Shown: positions 9,982 to 19,663, counted from the stretch's first letter. The stretch is DNA of 64,000 nt from Deferribacterales bacterium (GCA_050251875.1 JBFWMA010000007.1:105431-169430), one strand, 5' to 3'. Numbers and translations are program-made. The notes: generated from the letters alone by a model not told the origin.

Positions 9982-10338
9982 TCATTTAAGATTTTTTGCG
10001 CATTCTTCCCGGCAGAGAGTTTTTATCTTTGCCATGTCGGATTTTACTTCGGCGTCATCAGAGAGCTGTTTTTTGATATCTGATATGATGGAGCGAACCA
10101 GAGGATCGGCTGTGGGGTGATAGACAACCCATCTGCCCTCCTTCTCGGATTCTATAACTCCGGCGGAGCGCATCTGTTTCAGGTGAGACGAAATGGTGGA
10201 AAGGGCTATCCCCAGCACCGAATCGATCTCACATACACACAGAGGACGTTCCGAGAGCATCAGCATTATTCTCAGGCGGTTTTTATCCGCTATCGCCTTA
10301 ATCATCTCTACGGTGTTATCAATCTTAGACATATTCAT
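9982..10338 (-). CDS. ArsR/SmtB family regulator
   Basis: RLRI, LCVCEI, STISSHL and EGRWVVY motifs. Confidence 0.9.
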   Translation of the reverse strand: MNMSKIDNTVEMIKAIADKNRLRIMLMLSERPLCVCEIDSVLGIALSTISSHLKQMRSAGVIESEKEGRWVVYHPTADPLVRSIISDIKKQLSDDAEVKSDMAKIKTLCREECAKNLK

Positions 10339-10676
10339 CCTTTAAATATAAAATAGACGGCTCCGACCATACAGAGCCCTGCCCATACATAGTTTAATTT
10401 AAGCGGTTCTTTCATAAAAAAGAAAGTAAAAGGCACAAAAACCGCAAGAGTTATTATCTCCTGAGTGATTTTTAGCTGTCCCAGCGACATCTCCGTGTAC
10501 CCGAAACGGTTCGCCGGAACCTGTATCAGATATTCGAAAAAGGCTATACCCCAGCTTATAAAAACAGCCCATATCCAGCTTCTGTCTCCGGCATGCTTCA
10601 GATGTCCGTACCAGGCGAACGTCATGAAGACATTGGAGGCGGTCAGCATCAGCATAAACAGCAGCGTTGTACGCAT
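10335..10676 (-). CDS. DMT-superfamily small membrane protein (DUF486-like)
   Basis: SNVFMTFAWYGHL, SWGIAFFEY..QVPANR and QLKI.QE motifs. Confidence 0.85.
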   Translation of the reverse strand: MRTTLLFMLMLTASNVFMTFAWYGHLKHAGDRSWIWAVFISWGIAFFEYLIQVPANRFGYTEMSLGQLKITQEIITLAVFVPFTFFFMKEPLKLNYVWAGLCMVGAVYFIFKG

Positions 10677-10689
10677 GTTTTGTACCTGT

Positions 10690-10766
10690 CCCCCTCTTTT
10701 TAAAAGAGGGGCTAGGGGAGATTTCTTTTAAGAAATCCCTCCCAGCCTCCCTTTGAAAAGGGAGGA
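10690..10766. repeat. REP-like inverted doublet (three hairpins)
   Basis: CCCCCTCTTTTTAAAAGAGGGGCTAGGGGAGATT and the reverse complement of AATCCCTCCCAGCCTCCCTTTGAAAAGGGAGGA share one pattern; central GATTTCTT/AAGAAATC stem. Confidence 0.75.
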
Positions 10767-10776
10767 GTATTCTTTA

Positions 10777-12651
10777 TTAAAAGCTCTCGGTCATCACCTT
10801 CGTCATCAGCACGGCGAATCTGGCGGTGTCTGAAGGCATGTTGCCCTCCAGAATCAGAGCCTGATTATACAGCAGTTCGCTGATGTCGGATATCTTTTCG
10901 CTGTCGGCGTTCTTTTCGAACTCGGCGTTCAGCATCTCCACCAGCCTGTGGTCGGGGTTCAGCTCCAGAATCTTCTGACGGGCGGGAACTGCCTGTCCCA
11001 TCTGCTTCAGCATGGCTTCCAGAGACGGGTCAATGTCTGAATCGCCGGAGACCAGCACACAGGGGGAGTTCTTGAGTCTGGATGAAAGCCTGACTTCGCT
11101 CACGCTGTCTTTCAGAACGTCTTTAACCTTCTCTGTCAGTTTGGCGAAGTGTTCTTTCTTCTCTTTTTTCTCTTCTGTGCTGTCGAGGTTTATGTCGCCT
11201 TTCAGGATGGATTTGAACTGTTTGTCCTTATACTTCATCAGACCGGAGATGATGATATCGTCCACCTCGTCTGTCATGAAGAGCACCTCGAGATCTTTCT
11301 CTTTCAGCGCTTCCAGATAGGGGGATGATTCCAGCTCGGTTCTGTTTTTTCCGGTTATGTAGTAAATCTCGTTCTGCTCTGTCTTCATCCTGCCGATGTA
11401 TTCATCCAGACTGGTATATTTGCCCTTGTCCGTGGCGGTGGATTCCATGATGAGCAGAGAGGCGATCTCCTCTTTTTTGGTAAATTCGAAATGGATGCCC
11501 TCTTTCAGCACACGCCCGAATTCCTTGAAAAACTCCTCATACTTAGCCGGTTCGTTTGTCTTCATCTGTGTCAGGTTGTCCAGAACCTTTTTGGTGATGT
11601 TTTTGCGGATTATCTCCACCATCTTGTTGTTCTGGAGAATCTCACGGGACACGTTCAGAGGCAGGTCGGATGAATCCACCACGCCTTTTACGAATCTGAG
11701 ATACTGAGGCACCAGATCGGCGCAGTGATCCATAATCTGCACACGGCGCACATAGAGTGCCGGACCTGACTTATAGTCGGCATAGAGAATGTTCATGGGC
11801 GCTTTCTGAGGGATATATAAGAGAGCGGAGAACTCTGTTGTTCCTTCCGCCTTGAAATGTATAGTCACTGACGGATCGGTGAAATCGTGAGAAACGTGTC
11901 TGTAGAACTGGTTATATTCGTCCTCGGTCACGTCCGCCTTGTCCTTCAGCCAGATGGCCTTCATGGAGTTCAGCGTCTCTTCCTCGGTCACGTCTTTGTC
12001 TTCCTGTTTTTTCGTAACATCCATCACCACGGGATAGCTGATGTAGTCTGAATATCTTTTTACAACGTCTTTCAGCTCCCATTCTGTGGCATAATCCTTC
12101 TCATCGGCTTTAAGATGCAGAACAACGTCTGTGCCTCTGGTCGCCTTGTCGCACTGTTCCACTGTGAAGGAACCGTCCGCTGTGGACTCCCATTTTATAC
12201 CGATGCTTTTGTCCTCACCCGCTTTTCTGGAATAGACAGTGACTTTATCCGCCACCATGAAGGCGGAATAGAATCCCACGCCGAACTGACCGATCAGCTC
12301 GGGGTTTTCCTTCGCCTCTTTGTTTTCCAGAAGCTGCATGAACTCCTTTGTACCTGAGTGGGCAATGGTTCCGAGAGCCTTTACTGCCTCGTCTTTTGTC
12401 ATGCCTATACCGTTATCGGATATAGTCAGGGTCATGCCTGTTTCATCGGGAACCAGTTTTATTCTGTAGTTGGCGTCCCCTTCCAGCAGGGAGTCATTGG
12501 TGAGAGCCTCGAACCTCAGCTTGTCGATGGCGTCTGAAGCGTTTGATATCAGCTCTCTTAAAAAGATCTCTTTGTGAGAATAGAGAGAATGGATCATCAG
12601 TTCCAGAAGTTTGTTCACCTCGGTTTTGAACTGCATTCTTTCCTGTGACAT
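10777..12651 (-). CDS. htpG: Hsp90 chaperone HtpG
   Basis: IFLRELISNASDA, DNGIGM, IGQFGVGFYS and LPLNVSRE. Confidence 0.98.
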   Translation of the reverse strand: MSQERMQFKTEVNKLLELMIHSLYSHKEIFLRELISNASDAIDKLRFEALTNDSLLEGDANYRIKLVPDETGMTLTISDNGIGMTKDEAVKALGTIAHSGTKEFMQLLENKEAKENPELIGQFGVGFYSAFMVADKVTVYSRKAGEDKSIGIKWESTADGSFTVEQCDKATRGTDVVLHLKADEKDYATEWELKDVVKRYSDYISYPVVMDVTKKQEDKDVTEEETLNSMKAIWLKDKADVTEDEYNQFYRHVSHDFTDPSVTIHFKAEGTTEFSALLYIPQKAPMNILYADYKSGPALYVRRVQIMDHCADLVPQYLRFVKGVVDSSDLPLNVSREILQNNKMVEIIRKNITKKVLDNLTQMKTNEPAKYEEFFKEFGRVLKEGIHFEFTKKEEIASLLIMESTATDKGKYTSLDEYIGRMKTEQNEIYYITGKNRTELESSPYLEALKEKDLEVLFMTDEVDDIIISGLMKYKDKQFKSILKGDINLDSTEEKKEKKEHFAKLTEKVKDVLKDSVSEVRLSSRLKNSPCVLVSGDSDIDPSLEAMLKQMGQAVPARQKILELNPDHRLVEMLNAEFEKNADSEKISDISELLYNQALILEGNMPSDTARFAVLMTKVMTESF

Positions 12652-12755
12652 TCCTTTACCTCCAAAATAATTGATTTGCGAATATGAATATTATGCGAAT
12701 ACCAGAAAAAATCAACCTCTTGTTTTTCATCATAAAATAGTGTTATCTGTTTGCT

Positions 12756-14312
12756 ATGGACGGACTTACACTCACCAAAGCGGTAAACATCCTCAGACAG
12801 AGATATATCGGGGCGCAGGCGGCTAAGCTGAATGTCACTGAATCGGGGCTGAGCATCGGGCTCTTCACATCCGAACGCTCGGCGCTGAACGTGCGCGTCA
12901 CCGGAGGCAGTCCCACAATATATCTGTCGGATGATGTGATAGGCGTGAAAGACCCCGCTCTGGACAGGCTGTCCGGCGGAAAGATATCCGACATAGGGTG
13001 CAGGCGGTATGACCGTCTGTTCTACATAAACATAGCCAAGCGCAGACCCAGCGGAAAGATAGAGACCCACAGGCTGATCTTCGAACTGATCGGAAAGATG
13101 GCGAACGTCTGCATGGTGAACGAAGCCGGAAACATAATCTGGCTGTTCTGCAAAAACAACGCTGACGGCGACAGGGATTTTTCCGTTGGAGCGAAATATG
13201 CCCAGCCCAGATTGAACAAACAGCAGACGCTGGACAAATATTCCGGAAAAGACTTTAACGACCTGCTGGGGTTCTATCCCGTGACGGCGAAACACGCCGA
13301 CCAGTACGTCAAAAACAACTACAGCTTTGACGAAACAGCCGCTCTCATCAGAGAGAGCCTGAGTGACGAAATATTCTACAGAGACGCTCAGGGCAGGATA
13401 ATTCCGTTCAGACCGTTCGGCGAATCCGAAGAGATCAGGATAGAGGATCTGTCTGCGGGCGCTGTGAAGATGAGCGTGAAAAAAGAGAGCGACATCCGCC
13501 CACGCCTCACAAGATTCTTTGAAAAACAGGCGGAGAAGTATCTTAGGCTGAAAGATCAGCTTCTGATGGAGCTGAAAGAGGCGGAGAAATTCCCGGAAAC
13601 AAGACGCATGGCTGATCTGCTGAAGGCGAACCTGCATGTTCTGAAAAACGCCAGAGGATCTGTCAGTCTGGATGAATACACATCAGACGGCATAGTGAAA
13701 GTGCCGTATGACATACCCGAGCTGTTCGACCCGAACCACGAGGTGAACAGGCTCTATAGAAAAGCGGACAAGCAGGAGAGATCGGTGGGACTGCTCCACG
13801 GCAGGATGCAGGAGATAGACAACATCATCGATTCCGCTCTGGAACAGCTCTACTACATAGAGATATCCGCATCGGATGATGAGCTGCGTGAACTGGCTCT
13901 GGAGATGAAAAGATCGGAGCCGAAGAAAAAACAGCAGATCAAGGAAAAACAGTTCATAAAGATAGACGTTGGTGCAGGCACGGCATACATCGGCAGAAAC
14001 TCTGTGAGCAACCACAGGCTGGTGTTCCAGTTCGCCAACCCGAATGACTGGTGGTTTCATGCGCAAAAAACGCCTTCCGCTCACCTGATATTCCGAAAGG
14101 ACGGCAACATCACGCCTGACGAAACAGAGATGTGCGCCGCCATCACCGCCGGCATGAGCAAGCGGAAAACAGACCTGAAAGTAACCGTTGACTATACCCA
14201 GAAAAAGAACGTAAAAAAGCCGAAGAATACACCGCCCGGCTTTGTTATTTATCACAGGTTCAAATCAGTTATTGCGGAACCTGTCTTTTTAGACGAAAAT
14301 ACCCTTGGCTGA
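12756..14312 (+). CDS. rqcH: NFACT family ribosome quality-control protein RqcH/Rqc2 (FbpA-like)
   Basis: N-terminal MDG, YDRL and ELIGK.AN; coiled coil; NFACT-R IGRN, DWWFHA..PSAH, VDYT.KKNVKKP and PPGFV. Confidence 0.85.
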   Translation: MDGLTLTKAVNILRQRYIGAQAAKLNVTESGLSIGLFTSERSALNVRVTGGSPTIYLSDDVIGVKDPALDRLSGGKISDIGCRRYDRLFYINIAKRRPSGKIETHRLIFELIGKMANVCMVNEAGNIIWLFCKNNADGDRDFSVGAKYAQPRLNKQQTLDKYSGKDFNDLLGFYPVTAKHADQYVKNNYSFDETAALIRESLSDEIFYRDAQGRIIPFRPFGESEEIRIEDLSAGAVKMSVKKESDIRPRLTRFFEKQAEKYLRLKDQLLMELKEAEKFPETRRMADLLKANLHVLKNARGSVSLDEYTSDGIVKVPYDIPELFDPNHEVNRLYRKADKQERSVGLLHGRMQEIDNIIDSALEQLYYIEISASDDELRELALEMKRSEPKKKQQIKEKQFIKIDVGAGTAYIGRNSVSNHRLVFQFANPNDWWFHAQKTPSAHLIFRKDGNITPDETEMCAAITAGMSKRKTDLKVTVDYTQKKNVKKPKNTPPGFVIYHRFKSVIAEPVFLDENTLG

Positions 14313-14329
14313 TACAACTCCCCGCCCCC

Positions 14330-14365
14330 GTCATTGCGAGGAGGTGTACACCGACGCGGCAATCT
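14330..14365 (+). repeat. Palindromic repeat, GTCATTGCG...GCAATCT family
   Basis: GTCATTGCGAGGAGGTGTACACCGACGCGGCAATCT; same ends as the copies at 16880 and 17092. Confidence 0.75.
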
Positions 14366-14422
14366 GCGTTCGGGGCTTTACAACATATAAATACTGAATA
14401 TATTGTTTTAACGGAGATACAA

Positions 14423-14731
14423 ATGGATAAAATTGAAGCACTGAGAAAGAAGGCTATATTTCAGGCGGCAAGACGCGCCATCCTGGAAAACGAGATCTTC
14501 GTTCGTGATTACGTTACAAACCACCTGCCCGAAAGCTATGGTGAAAAAGAACTGGAAGACCTCATCAACATGCTGGTGAAAATTTTCGACAACGACCTTT
14601 TCGATGTTATCATGGGCGTGAAGAAGACAGAAGATTTTGAGGGCATGTACGACCAGCGTCTGCTGAAAGACATAGAAAACTTCGCCGTCAGAAGACGTGA
14701 AGAGATAAAGCAAGCAAAAGGACTGGCATAA
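14423..14731 (+). CDS. SdhE/Sdh5-like flavinylation factor
   Basis: LRKKAIFQAARRAILENE resembles RRGMLE.D; later D.DLFD.I.G; small helical protein. Confidence 0.65.
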   Translation: MDKIEALRKKAIFQAARRAILENEIFVRDYVTNHLPESYGEKELEDLINMLVKIFDNDLFDVIMGVKKTEDFEGMYDQRLLKDIENFAVRRREEIKQAKGLA

Positions 14732-14732
14732 T

Positions 14733-15035
14733 ATGAACGAACGCTGGATGGCCGTTTTTGAGGATATGACATGGTATGACGCCAAGCTGGACTGCGAAGG
14801 CGACACATGCGAGATGTATCTTTATACCAATAAAAAGAAAATAAAGGTCAAAAAGCTGAAACAGAATGATTTCACCAAGGTAATCCGTGTGGAAGACCGC
14901 ATGTCCGGCGACATTATCGATCTGGTGGATTTCAACGAGATGGACAGGTTTTTTGAGCAGAACACAATCATATTTAAAAACAGAGTCGGACTTCATAAAG
15001 AGGTCCGCAGATATATAGATTTCAGTCTGAAATAA
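14733..15035 (+). CDS. Hypothetical protein
   Basis: 100-aa ORF tightly packed between co-oriented neighbours; host-like codon style. Confidence 0.7.
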   Translation: MNERWMAVFEDMTWYDAKLDCEGDTCEMYLYTNKKKIKVKKLKQNDFTKVIRVEDRMSGDIIDLVDFNEMDRFFEQNTIIFKNRVGLHKEVRRYIDFSLK

Positions 15036-16024
15036 TGTCCAGAGTCGGCTTTACCACCACTATTCCGGTTGAGATAATTCTGGCGGCGGGCAAGGTGCCC
15101 GTTGACCTGAACAACGTCTTCATCACAGATACAGACCCCATGAGAATGGCGGAATCGGCAGAGGATGACGGACTGCCCCGCAACCTGTGCGCATGGATCA
15201 AGGGCATATACGCCGCTGTGAAACAGGCGGACATAGACGAAGTGATCGCCGTGACACAGGGCGATTGCAGTAATTCGCACGCTCTGGCGGAGCTCTTTAT
15301 CAATGACGGGATCAAGGTACACTCATTCAGCTATCCCTTCGAAAAAGAACACAGATACGAAACACTTAAAAGCGAGATGGAGCGTTTCGCCAAATCCATC
15401 GGCACAACGCTTGAAAAAGGCATAGAATATTCCAAAAAGACAGACAGCGTGCGGGCAAAACTGCGCAGGCTGGACGAGCTGACCACAGAGGGCAAAGTGA
15501 CAGGTTTCGAAAACCACCTGTGGCTGGTGACCTCCACCGACTTCAACACCGACCTGAAAAAATATGAAACCGAGCTGGATGCTTTTCTGAAAGAGGCGGA
15601 GGCACGGGTGCCCGACACCGGGGGACTTAAAATAGGCTTCATCGGCGTTCCGACTATTTTTTCAGACATATATCAGTTTATGGAATCAAAAGGCGCAAAG
15701 GTAATCTTCAACGAGATACAGCGCCAGTTCGCCATCCCCTCAGACGACCCGGACTACATCAGAAGATATGCGGAATACACCTATCCTTATGACGTTTTCG
15801 GCAGGGTCGCTGACATAAAAGAGCAGAAACAGCAGAGAAAGCTGGACGGCATAATCCACTATGTCCAGTCGTTCTGCTACCGCCAGATGCAGGATATCAT
15901 CATCAGAAAAGAGATCAACTGCCCTATCTTAACCATAGAGGGGGACGCTCCGTCAGGCATAGACGCCAGAACCAAAATACGCATAGAGTCGTTTCTGGAG
16001 ATGCTGGAGGCGAAGAAGAGATGA
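15035..16024 (+). CDS. 2-hydroxyacyl-CoA dehydratase family (HgdA/B-like) Fe-S protein
   Basis: VGFTTTIPVE, CAWIKG, GDCSN, HYVQSFCYR and TRI/IRIESF-type C-terminus; adjacent activator. Confidence 0.8.
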   Translation: MSRVGFTTTIPVEIILAAGKVPVDLNNVFITDTDPMRMAESAEDDGLPRNLCAWIKGIYAAVKQADIDEVIAVTQGDCSNSHALAELFINDGIKVHSFSYPFEKEHRYETLKSEMERFAKSIGTTLEKGIEYSKKTDSVRAKLRRLDELTTEGKVTGFENHLWLVTSTDFNTDLKKYETELDAFLKEAEARVPDTGGLKIGFIGVPTIFSDIYQFMESKGAKVIFNEIQRQFAIPSDDPDYIRRYAEYTYPYDVFGRVADIKEQKQQRKLDGIIHYVQSFCYRQMQDIIIRKEINCPILTIEGDAPSGIDARTKIRIESFLEMLEAKKR

Positions 16025-16764
16025 AACTCGGCATAGACCTCGGAAGCAGATTTGTAAAAATAGCAGTACAGACGGAGACAGGCATAACCTATCACCGTGA
16101 AGACACGGTATTTTTCTATAAAAACAGGGTGAAAAGAGAGAAAGGTGACGTGTTCATCGATCTCACATCATACGGAGCGGACGAGACCTGCCGGATAACC
16201 GCCACAGGATACGGACGAAACATGATGTCATTCGCCAACGCCAACGTGATATCCGAGATAAAGGCGCACTACAGAGGCGCTCTGGAATCCACTGGCGAGC
16301 AGGAATTCATTCTGGTGGATGTGGGCGGACAGGACAGCAAGGTGATATACGTCCGTGACGGCTACATTGACGATTTTGTGATGAACGACAAATGCGCCGC
16401 CAGCACAGGGCGGTTTCTGGAAAACGCCTGCCGGATACTGGACATATCTCTGGACGAACTGTCTGACATGACGGCAGAACCCGTGAAGCTGAACAGCACC
16501 TGCGCCATATTCAGTGAAAGCGAGCTGGTGGGCAAGATAGCTGAGGGTTTTTCAATAGAATCAATAGGTGCCGGGGTGAACGAAAGCATCGCCAGAAGGC
16601 TGTTTCCGCTCATCAGAAAATACAGGCACAAAAAAATATTCGCCGCCGGAGGCGTGGCTTCCAACGCAGGTCTGCTGAAATTTTTATCCGAAATGTCCGG
16701 CACAGAGATCGAACCAATCAACAACCCGCAGTACAACGGCTGTTTCGGCTGTTTATTCTATTAG
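16021..16764 (+). CDS. CoA-substrate-specific dehydratase activator (HgdC/BcrAD ASKHA ATPase)
   Basis: GIDLGS, ATGYGR, DVGGQDSK, MNDKCAASTG and STCAIFSESE. Confidence 0.92.
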   Translation: MKLGIDLGSRFVKIAVQTETGITYHREDTVFFYKNRVKREKGDVFIDLTSYGADETCRITATGYGRNMMSFANANVISEIKAHYRGALESTGEQEFILVDVGGQDSKVIYVRDGYIDDFVMNDKCAASTGRFLENACRILDISLDELSDMTAEPVKLNSTCAIFSESELVGKIAEGFSIESIGAGVNESIARRLFPLIRKYRHKKIFAAGGVASNAGLLKFLSEMSGTEIEPINNPQYNGCFGCLFY

Positions 16765-17167
16765 CAAAAATTCATTCGTCCATGAAGAATTTTTGATACC
16801 GCTCCATATCGGCAAAGCCTCAATTACGCTTACGTTCCGCTTCGCTCCACGAACAACATCCTGTTATTTATAACTTACAGTCATTGCGAACCAACGAAGT
16901 TGGTGTGGCAATCTCATACAAACAAAAATTCATCCATCCATGGAAAACATCAGGCTATGTTCCCTGATGTTTCTGCACCAAGCTAGCTATAGAATTTTTG
17001 ATACCGTTACGTTCGGAGCAAATCCTCACTCCACTTACACTCCGTAGATAAATCTGCTCCACGAACAACATCCTGTTGTTTATAACTTACCGTCATTGCG
17101 AACCAACGCAGTTGGTGTGGCAATCTCGTTTAAAACACAGAGATTGCAACGATTCGCTCGCAATGAC
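16765..17167. repeat. Composite palindromic repeat cluster (two tandem units plus an inverted half)
   Basis: Units 16765-16915 and 16923-17127 share a 72-bp core (16844-16915 vs 17056-17127, 3 mismatches) and CAAAAATTC/GAATTTTTG stems; inverted GAGATTGC...CTCGCAATGAC at 17140-17167. Confidence 0.9.
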
Positions 17168-17174
17168 AATGCAC

Positions 17175-17202
17175 AAAAAAGGCGGTCAAATCGACCGCCT
17201 TT
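17175..17202 (-). terminator. Intrinsic terminator
   Basis: GGCGGTC/GACCGCC stem with A6 on the left. Confidence 0.8.
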
Positions 17203-17205
17203 GAT

Positions 17206-17730
17206 TTAAATATGACTTTTACTTATTTCATCTAGAAGATTCCACTTCTCTTTAAAGTCTTTTAATTGTTCAGTTGATAATGTTGCATGTGGAGAAATTC
17301 CTCCTCTTGGTCCTCGTCCACCATTTTTATTCATGTAACTTACAAAGCCATTAATAACTAAATCTTGAATTTGTTGTTCAGTGCATATAAAGAAAACAGG
17401 CTCTTTTATACTGTTTTCTTTTAACTGAACAAGAATCCATATCATATTTGGGTGTTTTAACTTTTTCTTTTCACCAAATTGATATTTATTTTCATCAACA
17501 ATATTATATTCTATCCAATGGTCAATAGTAGTCCGAAGCATTGTATCTGTATTACTGGTTTTAACTTGGATAGGAAATGACTTTAATGTTGTTGGATTAA
17601 CTGCTGTAACATCAAAACCTGGCATATTGCCAGAATATGGAGAAGCATAATAGCCCATAGTGCCCAATTGAGCACAAACAAGAAATTCGCCAACCTGTCC
17701 TGTTAGTTTTCTTTCTGAACCCGATTTCAT
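17206..17730 (-). CDS. Putative PD-(D/E)XK nuclease (Hjc-like fold), AT-rich
   Basis: GE.LV.A.L...G, N.PGFD and IQVK motifs; ATG at 17730 behind AAGGA; visibly lower GC than flanks. Confidence 0.7.
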   Translation of the reverse strand: MKSGSERKLTGQVGEFLVCAQLGTMGYYASPYSGNMPGFDVTAVNPTTLKSFPIQVKTSNTDTMLRTTIDHWIEYNIVDENKYQFGEKKKLKHPNMIWILVQLKENSIKEPVFFICTEQQIQDLVINGFVSYMNKNGGRGPRGGISPHATLSTEQLKDFKEKWNLLDEISKSHI

Positions 17731-17741
17731 AAACAATCCTT

Positions 17742-18839
17742 TTATAATCCTATAAATCTACCTTCGGTGTAAATGAGTTTGCCGTCGGCGTATACTTTGC
17801 CGTCCTGCATGCTCTTGATCATATCCCAGTGGATGCCTGATTTGTTCTTTCCGCCCGCTTCAGGATAGCTTGCGCCCACTGCCATGTGGATTGTGCGTCC
17901 TATCTTTTCATCGAACAGAATGTTTTTGGTGGGCTTGTCTATGTTGTCGTTCAGACCGAAGGCGATCTCGCCGATCAGTCTGGAACCTTCGTCTGTCTCC
18001 AAAACGCTTTGCAGGAAATCGTTGCCCTTCTCTGCGGAGGCTTCCATGATGCGTCCGTTATCTATCTTCAGCATGATTCCGCCAGCCTCAACACCCATGT
18101 ATGATGTGGGCAGGTCGAAATATATCTGACCGTTCACGCCGTCTTCCACGGGGCTGGTGAAAACCTCTCCGTCAGGCATGTTGTGGTGTCCGTTGCAGTT
18201 GATGAATTTTCTGCCGTTCACGTTAAAAGTGATGTCGGTCTTGTTGCCGACTATGCGCAGTTCTTTGGTGCCTGTCAGAATCTTTACCACGTTCTGCTGA
18301 AACTCGTCCACCTTGCGCCATGCCGCCACCGGATCCGCTTCGTTCAGCTTGCATGCGTTGAACACGAACTCTGTGTATTCATCCAGCGACATTTCGGCGT
18401 CCTGAGCCATAGCCTGTGAGGGATAGGGGCAGAGCGACCAGCGGAACTCGCCTTTGCCTTCTCTGTCCATCAGCACGTCACGCACCTGACGCATGGTCTT
18501 GCTGGCGAGAGATATTTTTGATTTATCCGCACGGGTCAGCTGTTTTGTGTTGCTGGTGCTGTCGATGTATACCTGAGCGGTGATGTTGTGAGCGTCCGCC
18601 ATCACGCTGGGGGCTATGAATTCAAGCTGTTTGTTGTTAGCGTTGGCATAGAAAGCCGCCTGCTGTTCCGCTATCTGCATACGCAGAATGGGATGAGCGC
18701 CAAGCTGAAGAGCCTTTACCATCAGCGCCTTAACCAGAGGCTCGGAAACTGTTTCGGCTCTTATCAGAAATATGTCATCCTCTTTCAGATTGAGGGAATA
18801 TTCGCATATCAGATCAGCCATTTTCTTTTCAAGCTGCAT
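17742..18839 (-). CDS. M29 aminopeptidase (AmpS/AmpT)
   Basis: NMPDGEVFTSP, IGEIAFG, LFDEKI..H.A.G and SGIHWDMI. Confidence 0.93.
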   Translation of the reverse strand: MQLEKKMADLICEYSLNLKEDDIFLIRAETVSEPLVKALMVKALQLGAHPILRMQIAEQQAAFYANANNKQLEFIAPSVMADAHNITAQVYIDSTSNTKQLTRADKSKISLASKTMRQVRDVLMDREGKGEFRWSLCPYPSQAMAQDAEMSLDEYTEFVFNACKLNEADPVAAWRKVDEFQQNVVKILTGTKELRIVGNKTDITFNVNGRKFINCNGHHNMPDGEVFTSPVEDGVNGQIYFDLPTSYMGVEAGGIMLKIDNGRIMEASAEKGNDFLQSVLETDEGSRLIGEIAFGLNDNIDKPTKNILFDEKIGRTIHMAVGASYPEAGGKNKSGIHWDMIKSMQDGKVYADGKLIYTEGRFIGL

Positions 18840-18903
18840 AATCTACTCCTTAGGTCTTATTATAAGTATTTATATAATAAGACTTGGGGATTAATCAAGA
18901 GGT

Positions 18904-19650
18904 TCAGCTTTTTATCAGGCTGTAAATTCTCCGGGCGGCGCATGCGGCGCCGAATCCGTTGTCTATATTCATCACGGTGATGCCCCCGGCGCAGGATGTC
19001 AGCATAGCCAGCAGTGCGGACACGCCAGAAAAAGACGCTCCGTATCCCACGGAAGTGGGAACAGCTATCACAGGGCTGGTCACCAGACCTCCTATGACGC
19101 TCGCCAGCGCCCCTTCCATCCCGGCGACCACTATAACCACGCCGGCGTTTCGTATGTCGTCCAGCCTGTCGAAAAGCCTGTGCAGACCGGCAACACCGAC
19201 ATCAGATATAATCTTTGCCCTGACGCCTATCATGTCGCAGGTGGTTTTCGCTTCCTGCGCCACAGGCAGATCGGACGTTCCGGCGGTGATTATCACCGTC
19301 TCTTTCTCTGCGTAATGTATCTCGTTTATTTTCAGCGCCAGTGTTTTGCCCAGCTCGTCATACACCGCCTCCGGACATACCGAAGCCACAGCGGCGGCGC
19401 ACTCTCCGCTGACTCTGGTCGCCAGAACATTAGAGCGTCCTGACATAGCCTTAAAAATATCCGCCACCTGCCCTGGCGTCTTTCCCTCGGCGTATATCAC
19501 CTCCGGAAAACCGTTTCTGAGCGGTCTGTGCATATCCATCTTCGTATGACCCATATCTATGTATGGCAGGTCACGGAGCTTTTTCACCGTGTCGTCCAGA
19601 TCGGCAGTCCCGTTCTGAAGCCCTGTCAGTATTTCCCGTAAATTATCCAT
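18904..19650 (-). CDS. larB: Nickel-pincer cofactor carboxylase LarB (AIR-carboxylase-like)
   Basis: R.GFPEVIY..GK, TAGTSD, DVGVAG.HR, AGMEGAL, PTSVGYG and NIDNGFGA. Confidence 0.92.
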   Translation of the reverse strand: MDNLREILTGLQNGTADLDDTVKKLRDLPYIDMGHTKMDMHRPLRNGFPEVIYAEGKTPGQVADIFKAMSGRSNVLATRVSGECAAAVASVCPEAVYDELGKTLALKINEIHYAEKETVIITAGTSDLPVAQEAKTTCDMIGVRAKIISDVGVAGLHRLFDRLDDIRNAGVVIVVAGMEGALASVIGGLVTSPVIAVPTSVGYGASFSGVSALLAMLTSCAGGITVMNIDNGFGAACAARRIYSLIKS

Positions 19651-19663
19651 CGGTTATCCTTGT

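Noticed and set aside
15035..16024. Double-cubane cluster protein
   Set aside because: Protein is short and has only four Cys, too few for an [8Fe-9S] site
16765..17167. CRISPR array
   Set aside because: Only two long imperfect units, no regular repeat-spacer period and no cas genes in the window
18904..19650. Complete lar (lactate racemase) cluster, or purE
   Set aside because: Motifs are LarB-type and no larA/C/E is in the window; dispersed lar genes are common
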